The notes beneath the pieces were generated by a model, which saw nothing but the letters and a program-made list of their open reading frames with translations, had not been told where the DNA came from and searched no databases. Both the position numbers and the translations under genes were made by a program. DNA of 64,000 nt, from the IMG/VR virus record IMGVR_UViG_3300042350_004528, positions 186,001 to 250,000 of that record, one strand, 5' to 3'. How positions within the stretch are numbered: the first letter of the stretch is position 1; the number at the start of each line of letters is the position of its first letter. Below, one piece after another: positions 1-8,960 of the stretch.

Positions 1-313
1 AGTACTCACACGATAGGTCGCTTTTCTTTGCTACGATAGAGCCGTTAAAGCCGTCATTTACGGGCGTAAACCAATTTTCTTTGGCTACGAAGTCAGCCTC
101 TTTACCCTCACGAATACGGGCGTTATTCACCATATTTTGATAGTTAGCGTTTAACAACATATTGTAGTCAACTAACTTGGTGATAACGGCACTACGCAAA
201 GGGTTGCCCGTCTTTAACATTTTTTGTTCAACCACTGCTAATACTTGGGCGAACTTTGCACTGCCTCCGTCATTGATAAGGCTTGCGATTACTTGTGATT
301 TTTTGTTTTGCAT
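1..313 (-). CDS. Hypothetical protein (3'-truncated by window), paralogue of 10169..10684
   Basis: Manual translation MQNKKSQVIASLINDGGSAKFAQVLAVVEQKMLKTGNPLRSAVITKLVDYNMLLNANYQNMVNNARIREGKEADFVAKENW..; array promoter upstream; absent from ORF track. Confidence 0.88.
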   Translation of the reverse strand, partial: MQNKKSQVIASLINDGGSAKFAQVLAVVEQKMLKTGNPLRSAVITKLVDYNMLLNANYQNMVNNARIREGKEADFVAKENWFTPVNDGFNGSIVAKKSDLSCEY

Positions 314-399
314 ATCTGTTTGTTTTGATTTGATGATACAAATGTAGGTGTAATTTTTTTAACCCGCAAATTTTAACGCAAATTTTTTTATCTTTTTTT

Positions 400-498
400 T
401 TGTTTAACTTTTCGGGCAAAACATTAAACACAAAAAGTATCGTGTAGGTTGGAGTATACTCTCCCGACTTGTTCAGCCCGCCCGTTGTCTTTAACAAC
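400..498 (-). ncRNA. Putative structured small RNA 1 (three-way junction)
   Basis: Array promoter at 503-534 with no ATG-initiated ORF; stem CGGGCGGGC/GUUUUGCCCG enclosing GGAG-AGUAUA-CUCC and ACAC..GUGU hairpins. Confidence 0.55.
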
Positions 499-502
499 AA
501 TA

Positions 503-534
503 CAAAGGTAAATGAAATAAATTTAACTTGCAAA
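503..534 (-). promoter_or_regulatory. Array promoter (representative copy)
   Basis: TTTG(534-531)-20 nt-TACCTTTG(510-503). Confidence 0.85.
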
Positions 535-691
535 CTTTAACACAAATTTCTTTGTTTTTTTTTTGACTCATTTTAAGCCGTTTTAAGACACTCTAACAAC
601 TAAACCATACGAACATATACCTTTGTTCCTTTCGTTTAATCTGAGCATAAAAAAAGGGGCGATTTGCCCCTTTCTTTGTTTCTTGTTTACC

Positions 692-925
692 TTACCAAAC
701 CAAAACCGCTGGGTCTTCCGTTTGGGCGATTTGTTCCGCCTTTGTTTTTAACTCGGTCATTTGAGCGATTAAAACCTCATAGGTCGGTCTTTGATTTGTT
801 TTGTAACCCAAAATTCGTTTGGCACAATCCCTCGCTGAAATTCGGCTCATTTTCATTCCTGTTTTTTTCTCGAACTCTAAGCCGCGAAGGCATACTACGA
901 TTTGAAAAAGTGATGTTGTTGTCAT
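692..925 (-). CDS. Hypothetical protein, 77 aa
   Basis: Start corrected to MTTT after promoter and A-rich leader; terminator ~650-672. Confidence 0.8.
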   Translation of the reverse strand: MTTTSLFQIVVCLRGLEFEKKTGMKMSRISARDCAKRILGYKTNQRPTYEVLIAQMTELKTKAEQIAQTEDPAVLVW

Positions 926-989
926 TGTTTGTTTGTTTTGATAGTTCAAAGATAAACGAAATAAATTTAACTTGCAAATTTTAACATAA

Positions 990-1016
990 AAAAAAGGGGA
1001 ATTTCTTCCCCTTTCT
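990..1016 (-). terminator. Intrinsic terminator GGGGAA-GAAA-TTCCCC + U tract (similar copies ~1240, 2801, 6661, 17538; + strand ~25958)
   Basis: GC stem, GAAA tetraloop, flanking A/T tracts. Confidence 0.85.
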
Positions 1017-1032
1017 TTGTTTCTTGTTTACC

Positions 1033-1173
1033 TTAAAAATTTCTTCCCGAAATTTTATATTTGTCTTCTTTTGGATTACCCCAAAACCAATTGTTAAGTT
1101 TACGAACTATAACTATTGATAGCCAAATGGTAAGAAAAAATATGGGCAATCCGATAATAAAGAAATCTTTCAT
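1033..1173 (-). CDS. Small membrane protein, 46 aa
   Basis: MKDFFIIGLPIFFLTIWLSIVIV TM segment; own promoter and terminator. Confidence 0.75.
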   Translation of the reverse strand: MKDFFIIGLPIFFLTIWLSIVIVRKLNNWFWGNPKEDKYKISGRNF

Positions 1174-1282
1174 AGGTTTGTTTGTTTTGTTGATATAAAG
1201 ATAAGTTAAATTTATTTCATTTGCAAGTTTTAACATAAAAAAAGGGGAATTTCTTCCCCTTTGTTTGCATTAGCACTTTTGT

Positions 1283-1348
1283 TTACATTAGCACAGCCAT
1301 GATTAACAAAGCACCGCAAAAAAGCGTTAAGACGAATAGAATACTCAT
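1283..1348 (-). CDS. 21-aa hydrophobic peptide MSILFVLTLFCGALLIMAVLM
   Basis: Only ORF between an array promoter (1371-1401) and a terminator (~1240-1262). Confidence 0.62.
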   Translation of the reverse strand: MSILFVLTLFCGALLIMAVLM

Positions 1349-1465
1349 TGTTTATTTTGATTTGTTGATACAAAGATAAGTTAAATTTATTTCATTTGCA
1401 AGTTTTAACATAAAAAAAAGGGAACTTTTTTTGTTCCCTCTCTTTTGATCCACAACCCTATTCTT

Positions 1466-2017
1466 TTAATATGAACAACCTTTTGATTTAACAAAGGGAA
1501 TAAAAACCCCGAAGTTTGCACTAACTTGTTTTTGTGTGTTTATATCAACCCTAACCCAACCAACATAATAGTTAAGATACAAACCCCCAACCAAAGTGTT
1601 TATGTTTTTGCGACAACTTAAAACGCTGAACTCCCCGACACTTGTTTTTGTGTAGTTTGTGTATGTTTCTCTTTGATTAAAGTTTAACCCTGCGTGAACC
1701 CCAACCCGAACTGCGTTATCATTGTTCAACACTTTACCAACCAACAACTTTGTGTTTGTTTCTTTTGTTGATATGTTTCTAACCTCGTAATTGTTGTATT
1801 GTGGGTGTTGTTCGGGTGCAACATAATCATATTGAAACAAAGGTGCTTGTTCCCCTTGTTTAATACAACCATAAGAAACTGAACCATAGTAACCCCAATT
1901 GTTTGCGTCAACCCCCAGGGTTATATCGTTTAACTTTGTGTTTGTTCCTACCAACATTTGTCCGTTTGCAACCATTGAAGAAACTCCGAGTGCGATTGAG
2001 AAAATTAACTTTTTCAT
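1466..2017 (-). CDS. Secreted, putative outer-membrane beta-barrel-like protein, 183 aa
   Basis: Signal peptide MKKLIFSIALGVSSMVANG; alternating hydrophobic/aromatic strands. Confidence 0.65.
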   Translation of the reverse strand: MKKLIFSIALGVSSMVANGQMLVGTNTKLNDITLGVDANNWGYYGSVSYGCIKQGEQAPLFQYDYVAPEQHPQYNNYEVRNISTKETNTKLLVGKVLNNDNAVRVGVHAGLNFNQRETYTNYTKTSVGEFSVLSCRKNINTLVGGLYLNYYVGWVRVDINTQKQVSANFGVFIPFVKSKGCSY

Positions 2018-2119
2018 TTGTTTTGTTTGATTTGATAACACAAAGATATGTTAAATTTATTTCATTTGCAAATTTTAACATAAAAAAAGGGGACTTTTTT
2101 GTCCCCCTTTTTTGTTCGG

Positions 2120-2185
2120 TTAATCTAACTTGTTGCTGACAAACGAACCGATAGCAACAAGAATTAAAGCTATTAATAGTCCCAT
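2120..2185 (-). CDS. 21-aa hydrophobic peptide MGLLIALILVAIGSFVSNKLD
   Basis: Between gene 2192..2404 and its terminator; manual translation. Confidence 0.55.
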   Translation of the reverse strand: MGLLIALILVAIGSFVSNKLD

Positions 2186-2191
2186 AGTTTT

Positions 2192-2404
2192 TTATATGTT
2201 ATTTGTTTGACAAAACCTATCAAAATAGGCTTCTTCTTGGGCTTGAACATAACGAGATTCATCCGTTATTGTTTCACTTGGGGAATAACTTGGGTGGTAC
2301 GCTAATTTACGATTTACATCATAAACAATTGTGTCCCCCTTTTGTAGTCTTTTACCACTTGCGGCACATTTGCTACTGAATTTGGCTACGATTATTTTTA
2401 ACAT
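2192..2404 (-). CDS. Hypothetical protein, 70 aa
   Basis: Start corrected to MLKII. Confidence 0.8.
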   Translation of the reverse strand: MLKIIVAKFSSKCAASGKRLQKGDTIVYDVNRKLAYHPSYSPSETITDESRYVQAQEEAYFDRFCQTNNI

Positions 2405-2518
2405 TGTTTGTTTGTTTTGATAGTTCAAAGATAAACGAAATAAATTTAACTTGCAAATTTTAACATAAAAAAAGGGTAAATTTCTTTACCCCCTTTTCAA
2501 ACATTATGAACAACAAAT

Positions 2519-2746
2519 TTATTTTATCTTTTCCGCGAAATAGTTTACAACATCGGGAATGTGTTTTTTGTAGTACGGCTGATTTTCCATGCACCACTTT
2601 TTAACCTCTTCTTTTGTTGTGAAACCTTTGTTACCCCAACTTGAAGCGTTTGATTGAATTTGATTGAATGTTGGCTCCAAGTCGTTGATGAAGTCGCGAA
2701 CTGTCCAACCCTCCCAAATGTGTTTGTCTAAATTTACTTTTGCCAT
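2519..2746 (-). CDS. Hypothetical protein, 75 aa
   Basis: Start corrected to MAKVN. Confidence 0.82.
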   Translation of the reverse strand: MAKVNLDKHIWEGWTVRDFINDLEPTFNQIQSNASSWGNKGFTTKEEVKKWCMENQPYYKKHIPDVVNYFAEKIK

Positions 2747-2830
2747 TGTTTGTTTGATTTGTTGATGCAAAGATAAATGAAATAAATTTAACTTGCAAAT
2801 AAAAAGGGGAATTTCTTCCCCTTTCTTTTT

Positions 2831-3019
2831 TTAGTTATAAGCATCGCAAGTGTGGTGCTTGTGTCTTTCAGGTTTAATCGGTGCATAGTGTGTTTTGTAC
2901 GCATCGCACTGAACATACTTTGTGCGTTTTTTATGTTTCTTTAACTTGATACCATCGTTTGCAAAACTTGTTCCCGTTGCCATAACTGAAACCAACAATA
3001 AAATAAATAACTTTTTCAT
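2831..3019 (-). CDS. Small secreted basic protein with two CDAY motifs, 62 aa
   Basis: Signal peptide ending TSFA; QCDAYK and TCDAYN. Confidence 0.75.
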   Translation of the reverse strand: MKKLFILLLVSVMATGTSFANDGIKLKKHKKRTKYVQCDAYKTHYAPIKPERHKHHTCDAYN

Positions 3020-3132
3020 AGGGTTTGTTTTTGATTATGATGTAAAAGTATATAGATTAAATTTAATGTGCAAATTTTTTGCAAAAAAAAAGGAAGAAAT
3101 TTCTTTCTTCCAATTTTCGTATCAAATCAAAC

Positions 3133-3510
3133 TTAATCTTTCGTTACTTGCATTGTCTTTTCAAGCAACAATATTCGTGGTACAATGTACTCAACATATT
3201 CGGGTGTAAGTTGTTTGTTGTATATCTCCATAACAAAATCAACCGAAGGTGTTGCACCATAGAATGTTCCCAGCAAAACATTTGTTTCTTTGTGTCTTAT
3301 CTCGGTGTAACTTTCCTTTGTGGTTTTCGCCACTTTAATATCAAAGACACAACAAAATTCGGGGTCGGACTGCAAAGCGTTTAGTTTGGCTATATCCGTT
3401 TCGTTTGTGTAGTGAACCTCCAAAACAAGTTTGGGCTCTTTCGGGTTTGTACTCGCTTTAACTCCAACAAAGGTAGTTAAGCAAATGAGTGTTAAAAGTA
3501 TTTGTTTCAT
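3133..3510 (-). CDS. Secreted hypothetical protein, 125 aa
   Basis: Signal peptide ending VKA; ATG 4 nt after -7 box. Confidence 0.8.
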   Translation of the reverse strand: MKQILLTLICLTTFVGVKASTNPKEPKLVLEVHYTNETDIAKLNALQSDPEFCCVFDIKVAKTTKESYTEIRHKETNVLLGTFYGATPSVDFVMEIYNKQLTPEYVEYIVPRILLLEKTMQVTKD

Positions 3511-3546
3511 ACTACAAATATAAACATTTTATTTTTAATATGCAAA

Positions 3547-3699
3547 TTAAACTCTCCCCTCAATGATTGCCGCGAACCAAAGTGATGCGTAAAGAAACGC
3601 AGACATAAAAATCATAAAGGCGACTGAACCATAAAACTCTTTCGGATCTTCCTTGCGAAAATCATTCAGCGTGATGAACATTTCTTTAATATCTTTCAT
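3547..3699 (-). CDS. Small membrane protein, 50 aa
   Basis: Manual translation MKDIKEMF..YGSVAFMIFMSAFLYASLWFAAIIEGRV; own promoter. Confidence 0.72.
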   Translation of the reverse strand: MKDIKEMFITLNDFRKEDPKEFYGSVAFMIFMSAFLYASLWFAAIIEGRV

Positions 3700-3761
3700 T
3701 GTTTGTTTGTTTTTGTTGATACAAAGATAAGTGAAATAAATTTAACTTGCAAATTTTAATT

Positions 3762-3922
3762 CAAAAAAAGGGGAAATTTCTTTCCCCAATTAAATGCATT
3801 TTGCCTTTTTCTGTTTATTGACGGATTACAAAAGACAAACGTCATCCGTTCTCACCCACCTTATAAATCCTTCCCGTGCACGAAACAAGAAACTGGGGCG
3901 GGATTGTTTCTACTTGTTATTT
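3762..3922 (-). ncRNA. Putative small RNA 3 (~160 nt)
   Basis: Array promoter 3927-3958 and terminator ~3762-3790 bracket a GC-richer segment with no ORF at a normal start position; helices AAUCC/GGAUU and ACGGAU/AUCCGU. Confidence 0.5.
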
Positions 3923-3962
3923 AATACAAAGATAAACGAAATAAATTTAATGTGCAAATTTT

Positions 3963-4160
3963 TTACCAAGTGAAATCATTTTTATTCGCATTCAAAGAAA
4001 GGAATAAAATGAATAGAAACAATAAACCTGTTCCGAAGAAGAATGCAAACTCTTCGTTCTTGATGTAACCCTTTGATTGCAGGGCAAGTCCAACGCTTAC
4101 TCCAATGGTTATCAAACCAAGGATTGAAAGCACGAATGGGATAACTTTAACTTTTTTCAT
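3963..4160 (-). CDS. Two-TM membrane protein, 65 aa
   Basis: Start corrected to MKKVK; two hydrophobic helices. Confidence 0.78.
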   Translation of the reverse strand: MKKVKVIPFVLSILGLITIGVSVGLALQSKGYIKNEEFAFFFGTGLLFLFILFLSLNANKNDFTW

Positions 4161-4200
4161 ATTTTTTTGTTTTGATAGTTCAAAGATAAACGAAATAAAT

Positions 4201-4344
4201 TTAACTTGCAAACTTTTGTTTAAGTTTTTTTCGGTTATATGTTTTACCCGAAGGTTTGCTCCTTGTTATCATATTCCTACGAATGATTTGAGCAATGTGT
4301 CTTTCTGACAAACCTTGTTTCCAATCTTGTGTTTCGTTTTTCAT
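4201..4344 (-). CDS. Small basic protein, 47 aa
   Basis: Manual translation MKNETQDW..KLKQKFAS; stop lies inside the next promoter. Confidence 0.68.
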   Translation of the reverse strand: MKNETQDWKQGLSERHIAQIIRRNMITRSKPSGKTYNRKKLKQKFAS

Positions 4345-4382
4345 AACACAAAGATAAATGAAATAAATTTAATGTGCAAATT

Positions 4383-4724
4383 TTATTCTGCAAAATTATC
4401 TTTACCACATTCAGGACAAACTTTTTCCTCATACAAAGTATGGTCTTGTGGATTATGTTCGTTGTCAACCATTACCGATTTCAACTCATCCTTACCACCA
4501 ATCCAACCACAATTTTCGCAATAAAGGTCGTATTCAATTTCAATAACCTCATCAAAAATTTCCTTGTATTCAGTAACCAATTCTTTATCGGTGAAATTCG
4601 CATACCCTTTCATCCCGTATTCAAATATACTGGCAACATAACTATTGTCACCTCGTTCGTGTTCCGATATGATTGTGTTGATGTCGTTATCTACCAACTT
4701 GTCTATGATTTCCTGTCTTTTCAT
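4383..4724 (-). CDS. Hypothetical protein with C-terminal Zn ribbon, 113 aa
   Basis: CENC..CPEC. Confidence 0.8.
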   Translation of the reverse strand: MKRQEIIDKLVDNDINTIISEHERGDNSYVASIFEYGMKGYANFTDKELVTEYKEIFDEVIEIEYDLYCENCGWIGGKDELKSVMVDNEHNPQDHTLYEEKVCPECGKDNFAE

Positions 4725-4751
4725 AACTTAAAAGTTTTTCTTATATTGTAC

Positions 4752-4802
4752 TCATCGCCAACCTTGTTTAACTATTACGTTCTTTCTACCTTGCTTTCGC
4801 CA
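4752..4802 (-). pseudogene. Start-less remnant of the 3' end of a paralogue of 16275..16508
   Basis: WRKQGRKNVIVKQGWR* versus WIKQGKKNVIIKQGWQ*. Confidence 0.7.
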
Positions 4803-4806
4803 TATT

Positions 4807-4917
4807 TTAGTTATATCGTTGTTTACAAATCACCCAAATGCTATAAAGAATAAGTGGTGAAAAAAGAATTAATTGCCCCAAACAAACCATTCTTTGTCTT
4901 GCTGTTAATCTTTTCAT
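4807..4917 (-). CDS. 36-aa membrane peptide
   Basis: MKRLTARQRMVCLGQLILFSPLILYSIWVICKQRYN; ATG 4 nt after variant -7 box TATCTTTA. Confidence 0.6.
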   Translation of the reverse strand: MKRLTARQRMVCLGQLILFSPLILYSIWVICKQRYN

Positions 4918-4941
4918 AGTTTAAAGATAAGTTAAATAAAT

Positions 4942-5106
4942 TTAACTTGCAAACTTTGTTTCAATTTTTTTATCCCCAACAAAGTTATACCCAGAGTTAA
5001 ACCACCATAGGGCCAAACGGATTGACCAGTAAATGCTTCGTTTTTGTTTCCTTCCATTCAGATAGCATTCCCACGCTTTCCGAATTCTAAACTTGTTTAT
5101 TCGCAT
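4942..5106 (-). CDS. Hypothetical protein, 54 aa
   Basis: Manual translation MRINKF..ETKFAS; overlaps stop of upstream gene. Confidence 0.6.
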   Translation of the reverse strand: MRINKFRIRKAWECYLNGRKQKRSIYWSIRLALWWFNSGYNFVGDKKIETKFAS

Positions 5107-5315
5107 AATTCAACCTCAATGATTTCACAATAGTTTTCCAACTCGTCTAACGGAATTCTACCATAGTTCGTTGATGAATAGTAACCTTGAAACTCGTAAC
5201 GCTTCTTCCATTCAGTTAAGGCGTTCTTTGCTTCCTCAACACTATTGTAAGTGTCGCTGAAATGAATGCTAAACCCATCGGGACTTAACACATCGTATTG
5301 CTTGTTTGATTTCAT
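5097..5315 (-). CDS. Hypothetical protein, 72 aa
   Basis: ORF with array promoter. Confidence 0.82.
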   Translation of the reverse strand: MKSNKQYDVLSPDGFSIHFSDTYNSVEEAKNALTEWKKRYEFQGYYSSTNYGRIPLDELENYCEIIEVELCE

Positions 5316-5418
5316 AGTTCAAAGATAAGTGAAATAAATTTAACTTGCAAATTTTAATACAAAAAAAAGGGGCAGATTTCTCCGCCCACCTTTTTCAAAT
5401 ATGAAAACAAATCAAGTT

Positions 5419-5793
5419 CTATGAAAAGTAAGGTTGTATAACCTCTTTGTCGCTCAAATTAGCTCTCATCTTTGCATACGCTTCCGCTTCTTTATCATCT
5501 TTGTTATAGATGAAATCAACATTGCTTGAAGCGATTGCAAATTGTCCGTTCGCAATACCCCAAAAGTAATAACGAACATTGTCATTCACATCAACTGCAT
5601 TCAATGCCCTCTCGCAAACCTCGTTCAGTTCGGGGAATAACTTAACGCTTCCCGTGATACTTGAAACGATTGCAAGTTTCATACTGCCGTTGGCGAATTC
5701 ATCAGCTACCTTGTTCTCACCAATGTTTCTTAAACCCTCAATAAGGATTTGTTTGTAGCTACCCGAAGGTGCTTTTGGAAATGGATTGTTCAT
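5419..5793 (-). CDS. Hypothetical protein, 124 aa
   Basis: ORF, promoter, terminator. Confidence 0.85.
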   Translation of the reverse strand: MNNPFPKAPSGSYKQILIEGLRNIGENKVADEFANGSMKLAIVSSITGSVKLFPELNEVCERALNAVDVNDNVRYYFWGIANGQFAIASSNVDFIYNKDDKEAEAYAKMRANLSDKEVIQPYFS

Positions 5794-5835
5794 ATCGTTT
5801 TGTTTTTTGATACAGCAAAGATAAGTGTAATAAAT

Positions 5836-6006
5836 TTAACTCGCAAGTATTTTTTTAATTTCTTTTAATCGATCCAAAACTTTATCCATTTCTTTTGAAA
5901 TCTTTGTGTGGGTTCTATGTTTGCTATTAGGTTCCCACAACTCGGACAAAGTTTTATATCGTTCTTTGAGCCGTATCTCCTCAACAATCAATACCGAATG
6001 TTCCAT
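5836..6006 (-). CDS. Hypothetical protein, 56 aa
   Basis: Start corrected to MEHS; ends ILAS inside next promoter. Confidence 0.72.
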   Translation of the reverse strand: MEHSVLIVEEIRLKERYKTLSELWEPNSKHRTHTKISKEMDKVLDRLKEIKKILAS

Positions 6007-6008
6007 TG

Positions 6009-6212
6009 TTAATTCAGTATTGATTGGTAAGGGATTGGAAATTCCAAGAAAGGTGCGGACAACCATTTGTCAATTTTGATTGTCTTGTCGGTAATCTTTT
6101 CCTTTCGGTAAACCTTTACGCAAGTTTCCAAGTTTTCATCAGCGAATATGGTTTCGGTGCTTTCATCATCATTTGTGCGAAATACCTCGTACCAAGTTTT
6201 TGTGTTTTCCAT
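6009..6212 (-). CDS. Hypothetical protein, 67 aa
   Basis: ORF with array promoter. Confidence 0.78.
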   Translation of the reverse strand: MENTKTWYEVFRTNDDESTETIFADENLETCVKVYRKEKITDKTIKIDKWLSAPFLEFPIPYQSILN

Positions 6213-6285
6213 TTTTTCTTTTTCCTAATTTTGTGAGTGCAAAGGTATATATAATAAATTTAACTCACAAGTTTTCAACACATTT

Positions 6286-6606
6286 TTACCAAGTTTTTGG
6301 ATATTTGTCCAATGTTTCTTGCGGATATAAAACTTCGTTTCCGTTGTTCAAAACATCTTCCCACCAACGAATACCAATCTGCAATCGTGGTACTGCGAAC
6401 TTCATAACATCTTCATCGTGGACACGAAAGAACAAATCGTTTCTTCCACCTGTTCCCTCTTCGCCAGGTGTTGGCAAAGTTAAAACTTCTTCGCAATAAA
6501 CTCCGCGAACATTAAACTCTTCTTTGAGCCAATTTTCAAAATCTTTGGCACAACTCTTTCCAACAATTGTTCCGTGCCAAACACATACTTGATTAAAATT
6601 TTCCAT
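6286..6606 (-). CDS. Hypothetical protein, 106 aa
   Basis: Start corrected to MENFN; GGRNDLFF motif. Confidence 0.85.
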   Translation of the reverse strand: MENFNQVCVWHGTIVGKSCAKDFENWLKEEFNVRGVYCEEVLTLPTPGEEGTGGRNDLFFRVHDEDVMKFAVPRLQIGIRWWEDVLNNGNEVLYPQETLDKYPKTW

Positions 6607-6694
6607 TTGTTTTGTTTTTGATATAACAAAAATAAATGAAATAAATTTAATGTGCAAATAAAAAGGGGAATTTCTTCCCCTTTCTTATCCACAA

Positions 6695-7099
6695 TTAGCG
6701 GTCAAAATATGTTTCTTTGATACCTTGTTTCTTTTCCATTGACTGCGACATAAGGTACATTGTTTCCCCCATTGGTTTATCGTGGTGAGAAATAACAACT
6801 TCAATGATACCCTTGTTGTCGGTCGGGTGAAACAACATTGTAAACTCCCCAGTGTTCGGTGCAAGTTTACGGATTAAAGTTTCTGCACTATCCGTTTCAA
6901 ATTCGGTGTACCCTGCAACATTTCTCCAAGTCAAAGAAAGTCCGTAACAAAAGAATTTCTTTGTACGCATTTTCTTCATCATTGTTTTTACTTCGTACAC
7001 AAAATCTTCCCAATAGATTTGTGCTTCCATTTCATCTTCAACTTCGGGCATATCCCAACCCGCTAAAATTCTTTTTGTTTCTTTGATTAAAGTTTCCAT
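6695..7099 (-). CDS. Hypothetical protein, 134 aa
   Basis: Start corrected to METLI; SHHDKPMGE motif. Confidence 0.85.
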   Translation of the reverse strand: METLIKETKRILAGWDMPEVEDEMEAQIYWEDFVYEVKTMMKKMRTKKFFCYGLSLTWRNVAGYTEFETDSAETLIRKLAPNTGEFTMLFHPTDNKGIIEVVISHHDKPMGETMYLMSQSMEKKQGIKETYFDR

Positions 7100-7210
7100 T
7101 TGCTTGTTTGTTTTTGTTGATACAAATATAAATGAAATAAATTTAACTTGCAAATTTTAACACAAAAAAAAAGGGCGGATTTCTCCACCCCTTTTTTCAA
7201 TCGGAAAGAA

Positions 7211-7567
7211 TTAAAGTTTATAGAATGTTATGACACACTTATTTTTTTTGTTGTCAATATCGGGTGCTGAACTATTATATTTACTACCCTTTGGTTGCCA
7301 CCTTTCATAATAATAGTTTATGTAGTTTTTAACCAACTCAATATCACTTTCTGCCAAATGCTTTGTGAATGTAGCAACTAATGTTCCGTTACTTGCGTTC
7401 CTTGAAATTGTCATTTCTTCGGAAATGTTTGTTGGCAAAGTAAGTTTGTTTTGTGCTAACTTTGAGCAAGTTTCAAGGGTGTCAACAACATCAACCTTGT
7501 TGGTTGTTTGTGCTTTTGCGGTTGTTACTCCGAACAACACAACTGCGATAAAGAATACTTTTTTCAT
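7211..7567 (-). CDS. Secreted hypothetical protein, 118 aa
   Basis: Signal peptide ending AKA-Q (Bacteroidota Q rule). Confidence 0.82.
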   Translation of the reverse strand: MKKVFFIAVVLFGVTTAKAQTTNKVDVVDTLETCSKLAQNKLTLPTNISEEMTISRNASNGTLVATFTKHLAESDIELVKNYINYYYERWQPKGSKYNSSAPDIDNKKNKCVITFYKL

Positions 7568-7629
7568 CTTGTTTATTTTTGATTATGATACAAAGATAAA
7601 TGAAATAAATTTAACTTGCAAATTTTACC

Positions 7630-7905
7630 TCAAAAATCTTCGGTTGAAAAATCAATGTTAAGTTCGCTAACCATTTGTATTGTTTCAAACTCCGTTTTAA
7701 GTTCATTAACTTCTTCGTTGATAAGACACATCTCAAAGTCCAGTGCGTGTACTTTCATAAGACAAAGAATAGGGTGTATGTGCCCGTTCTCCAACTTAAA
7801 CATCAATGTTGTTTTCTCACCCAAAATTTCTGTTGCTCGGTCATTAAACTTAACCAACTTACTCTTTAGCTCCATTAAACGAATGTCCGTTTGCTTGATT
7901 GCCAT
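7630..7905 (-). CDS. Hypothetical protein, 91 aa
   Basis: Start corrected to MAIKQ. Confidence 0.8.
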   Translation of the reverse strand: MAIKQTDIRLMELKSKLVKFNDRATEILGEKTTLMFKLENGHIHPILCLMKVHALDFEMCLINEEVNELKTEFETIQMVSELNIDFSTEDF

Positions 7906-8045
7906 TTTGTTTGTTTTTGTTGATACAAAGATAAATGAAATAAATTTAACTTGCAAATTTCAGGGATCTAAGTTATCCACATTGTTATAAACAAAAAAGG
8001 GTGGGGATTTCCCCCACCCAATCATCAAATAAACAAACAAGCAAT

Positions 8046-8285
8046 TTAACAAATCAATGATACTTCCATACTTTGAAGTTTTTTGATAAACTTCTCTTCA
8101 TCGGTATCAACCATAAGTTTAATTGTTGGATTGATACTTTGGGCATAACCCCATTTTTGTTTTACCGCCTCAAAGTAATTTCTTGCGGTTTTCAGTTGCA
8201 AAAAGTTGTTACAACTGCTCAACACTTTGAATGCCCTTTCTCGGTCATCGTGGTAATCTTTTGCGAAGTCGGTTACTTTTAACAT
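8046..8285 (-). CDS. Hypothetical protein, 79 aa
   Basis: Start corrected to MLKV. Confidence 0.8.
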   Translation of the reverse strand: MLKVTDFAKDYHDDRERAFKVLSSCNNFLQLKTARNYFEAVKQKWGYAQSINPTIKLMVDTDEEKFIKKLQSMEVSLIC

Positions 8286-8342
8286 ATTTGTTTGTTTTTG
8301 TTGATACAAAGATATGTGTAATAAATTTAACTCGCAAGTTTT

Positions 8343-8693
8343 TTAGTTAAATTGTGCAGCCCATCGGTCGCAAGTGGCTTTGTCCACCCAAATAACCATT
8401 GCTTCCAATTCTTCTTTTGTTGTGATTGGCTCGGTGCTTTCGCCATCATCATCAGTACCTTGTAAGATAGCGTTTCCTACAATAGGGTATTGCCAGTCCG
8501 CCATCATAAACCCACCATCAAACGGATGATACAACCCCTCATCATCGGTGTAGATTGTGTCGTTGTTCTCGAATGTTACAGGACAAGCGAAGGTTTCGCA
8601 ACCATTACCAATAGCAGGTGCAATGTCTTTCCAATCGTTGATTTCAATTTCTTCGATTTTGCGGTCAGCGGTGTTAATCTTAAATGCTTTCAT
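8343..8693 (-). CDS. DUF3846-like protein
   Basis: DDEGL..PIVGNAIL pattern. Confidence 0.65.
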   Translation of the reverse strand: MKAFKINTADRKIEEIEINDWKDIAPAIGNGCETFACPVTFENNDTIYTDDEGLYHPFDGGFMMADWQYPIVGNAILQGTDDDGESTEPITTKEELEAMVIWVDKATCDRWAAQFN

Positions 8694-8729
8694 ATCGTTT
8701 CGTTTTGTTGATACAAAGATAAATGTAAT

Positions 8730-8960
8730 TTATTTAACCTGCAAATTTTCATTCAATTTATTTGCAAAGTTTTCAGCACTTTGTTTATCGTGAAACCAAT
8801 AGTTAGCCAAGTCCTTACCTCTATAAGGTTTTAAGGTTTTGTGGCTTACCACTTGCCCTCGTTCGTTGGTAACATAATAGTATGTCGCACACATAGGCAT
8901 ACCACTCGGTGTGCTTTTACCCTTACGGGGTATGTATTGATTTGATTGTACTTGAAACAT
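8730..8960 (-). CDS. Hypothetical protein, 76 aa
   Basis: Leaderless-type start. Confidence 0.78.
   Translation of the reverse strand: MFQVQSNQYIPRKGKSTPSGMPMCATYYYVTNERGQVVSHKTLKPYRGKDLANYWFHDKQSAENFANKLNENLQVK

Noticed and set aside
594-650. + strand promoter at TACCTTTG 618-625
   Set aside because: No TTTG at the -33 position and only ~20 nt before the terminator.
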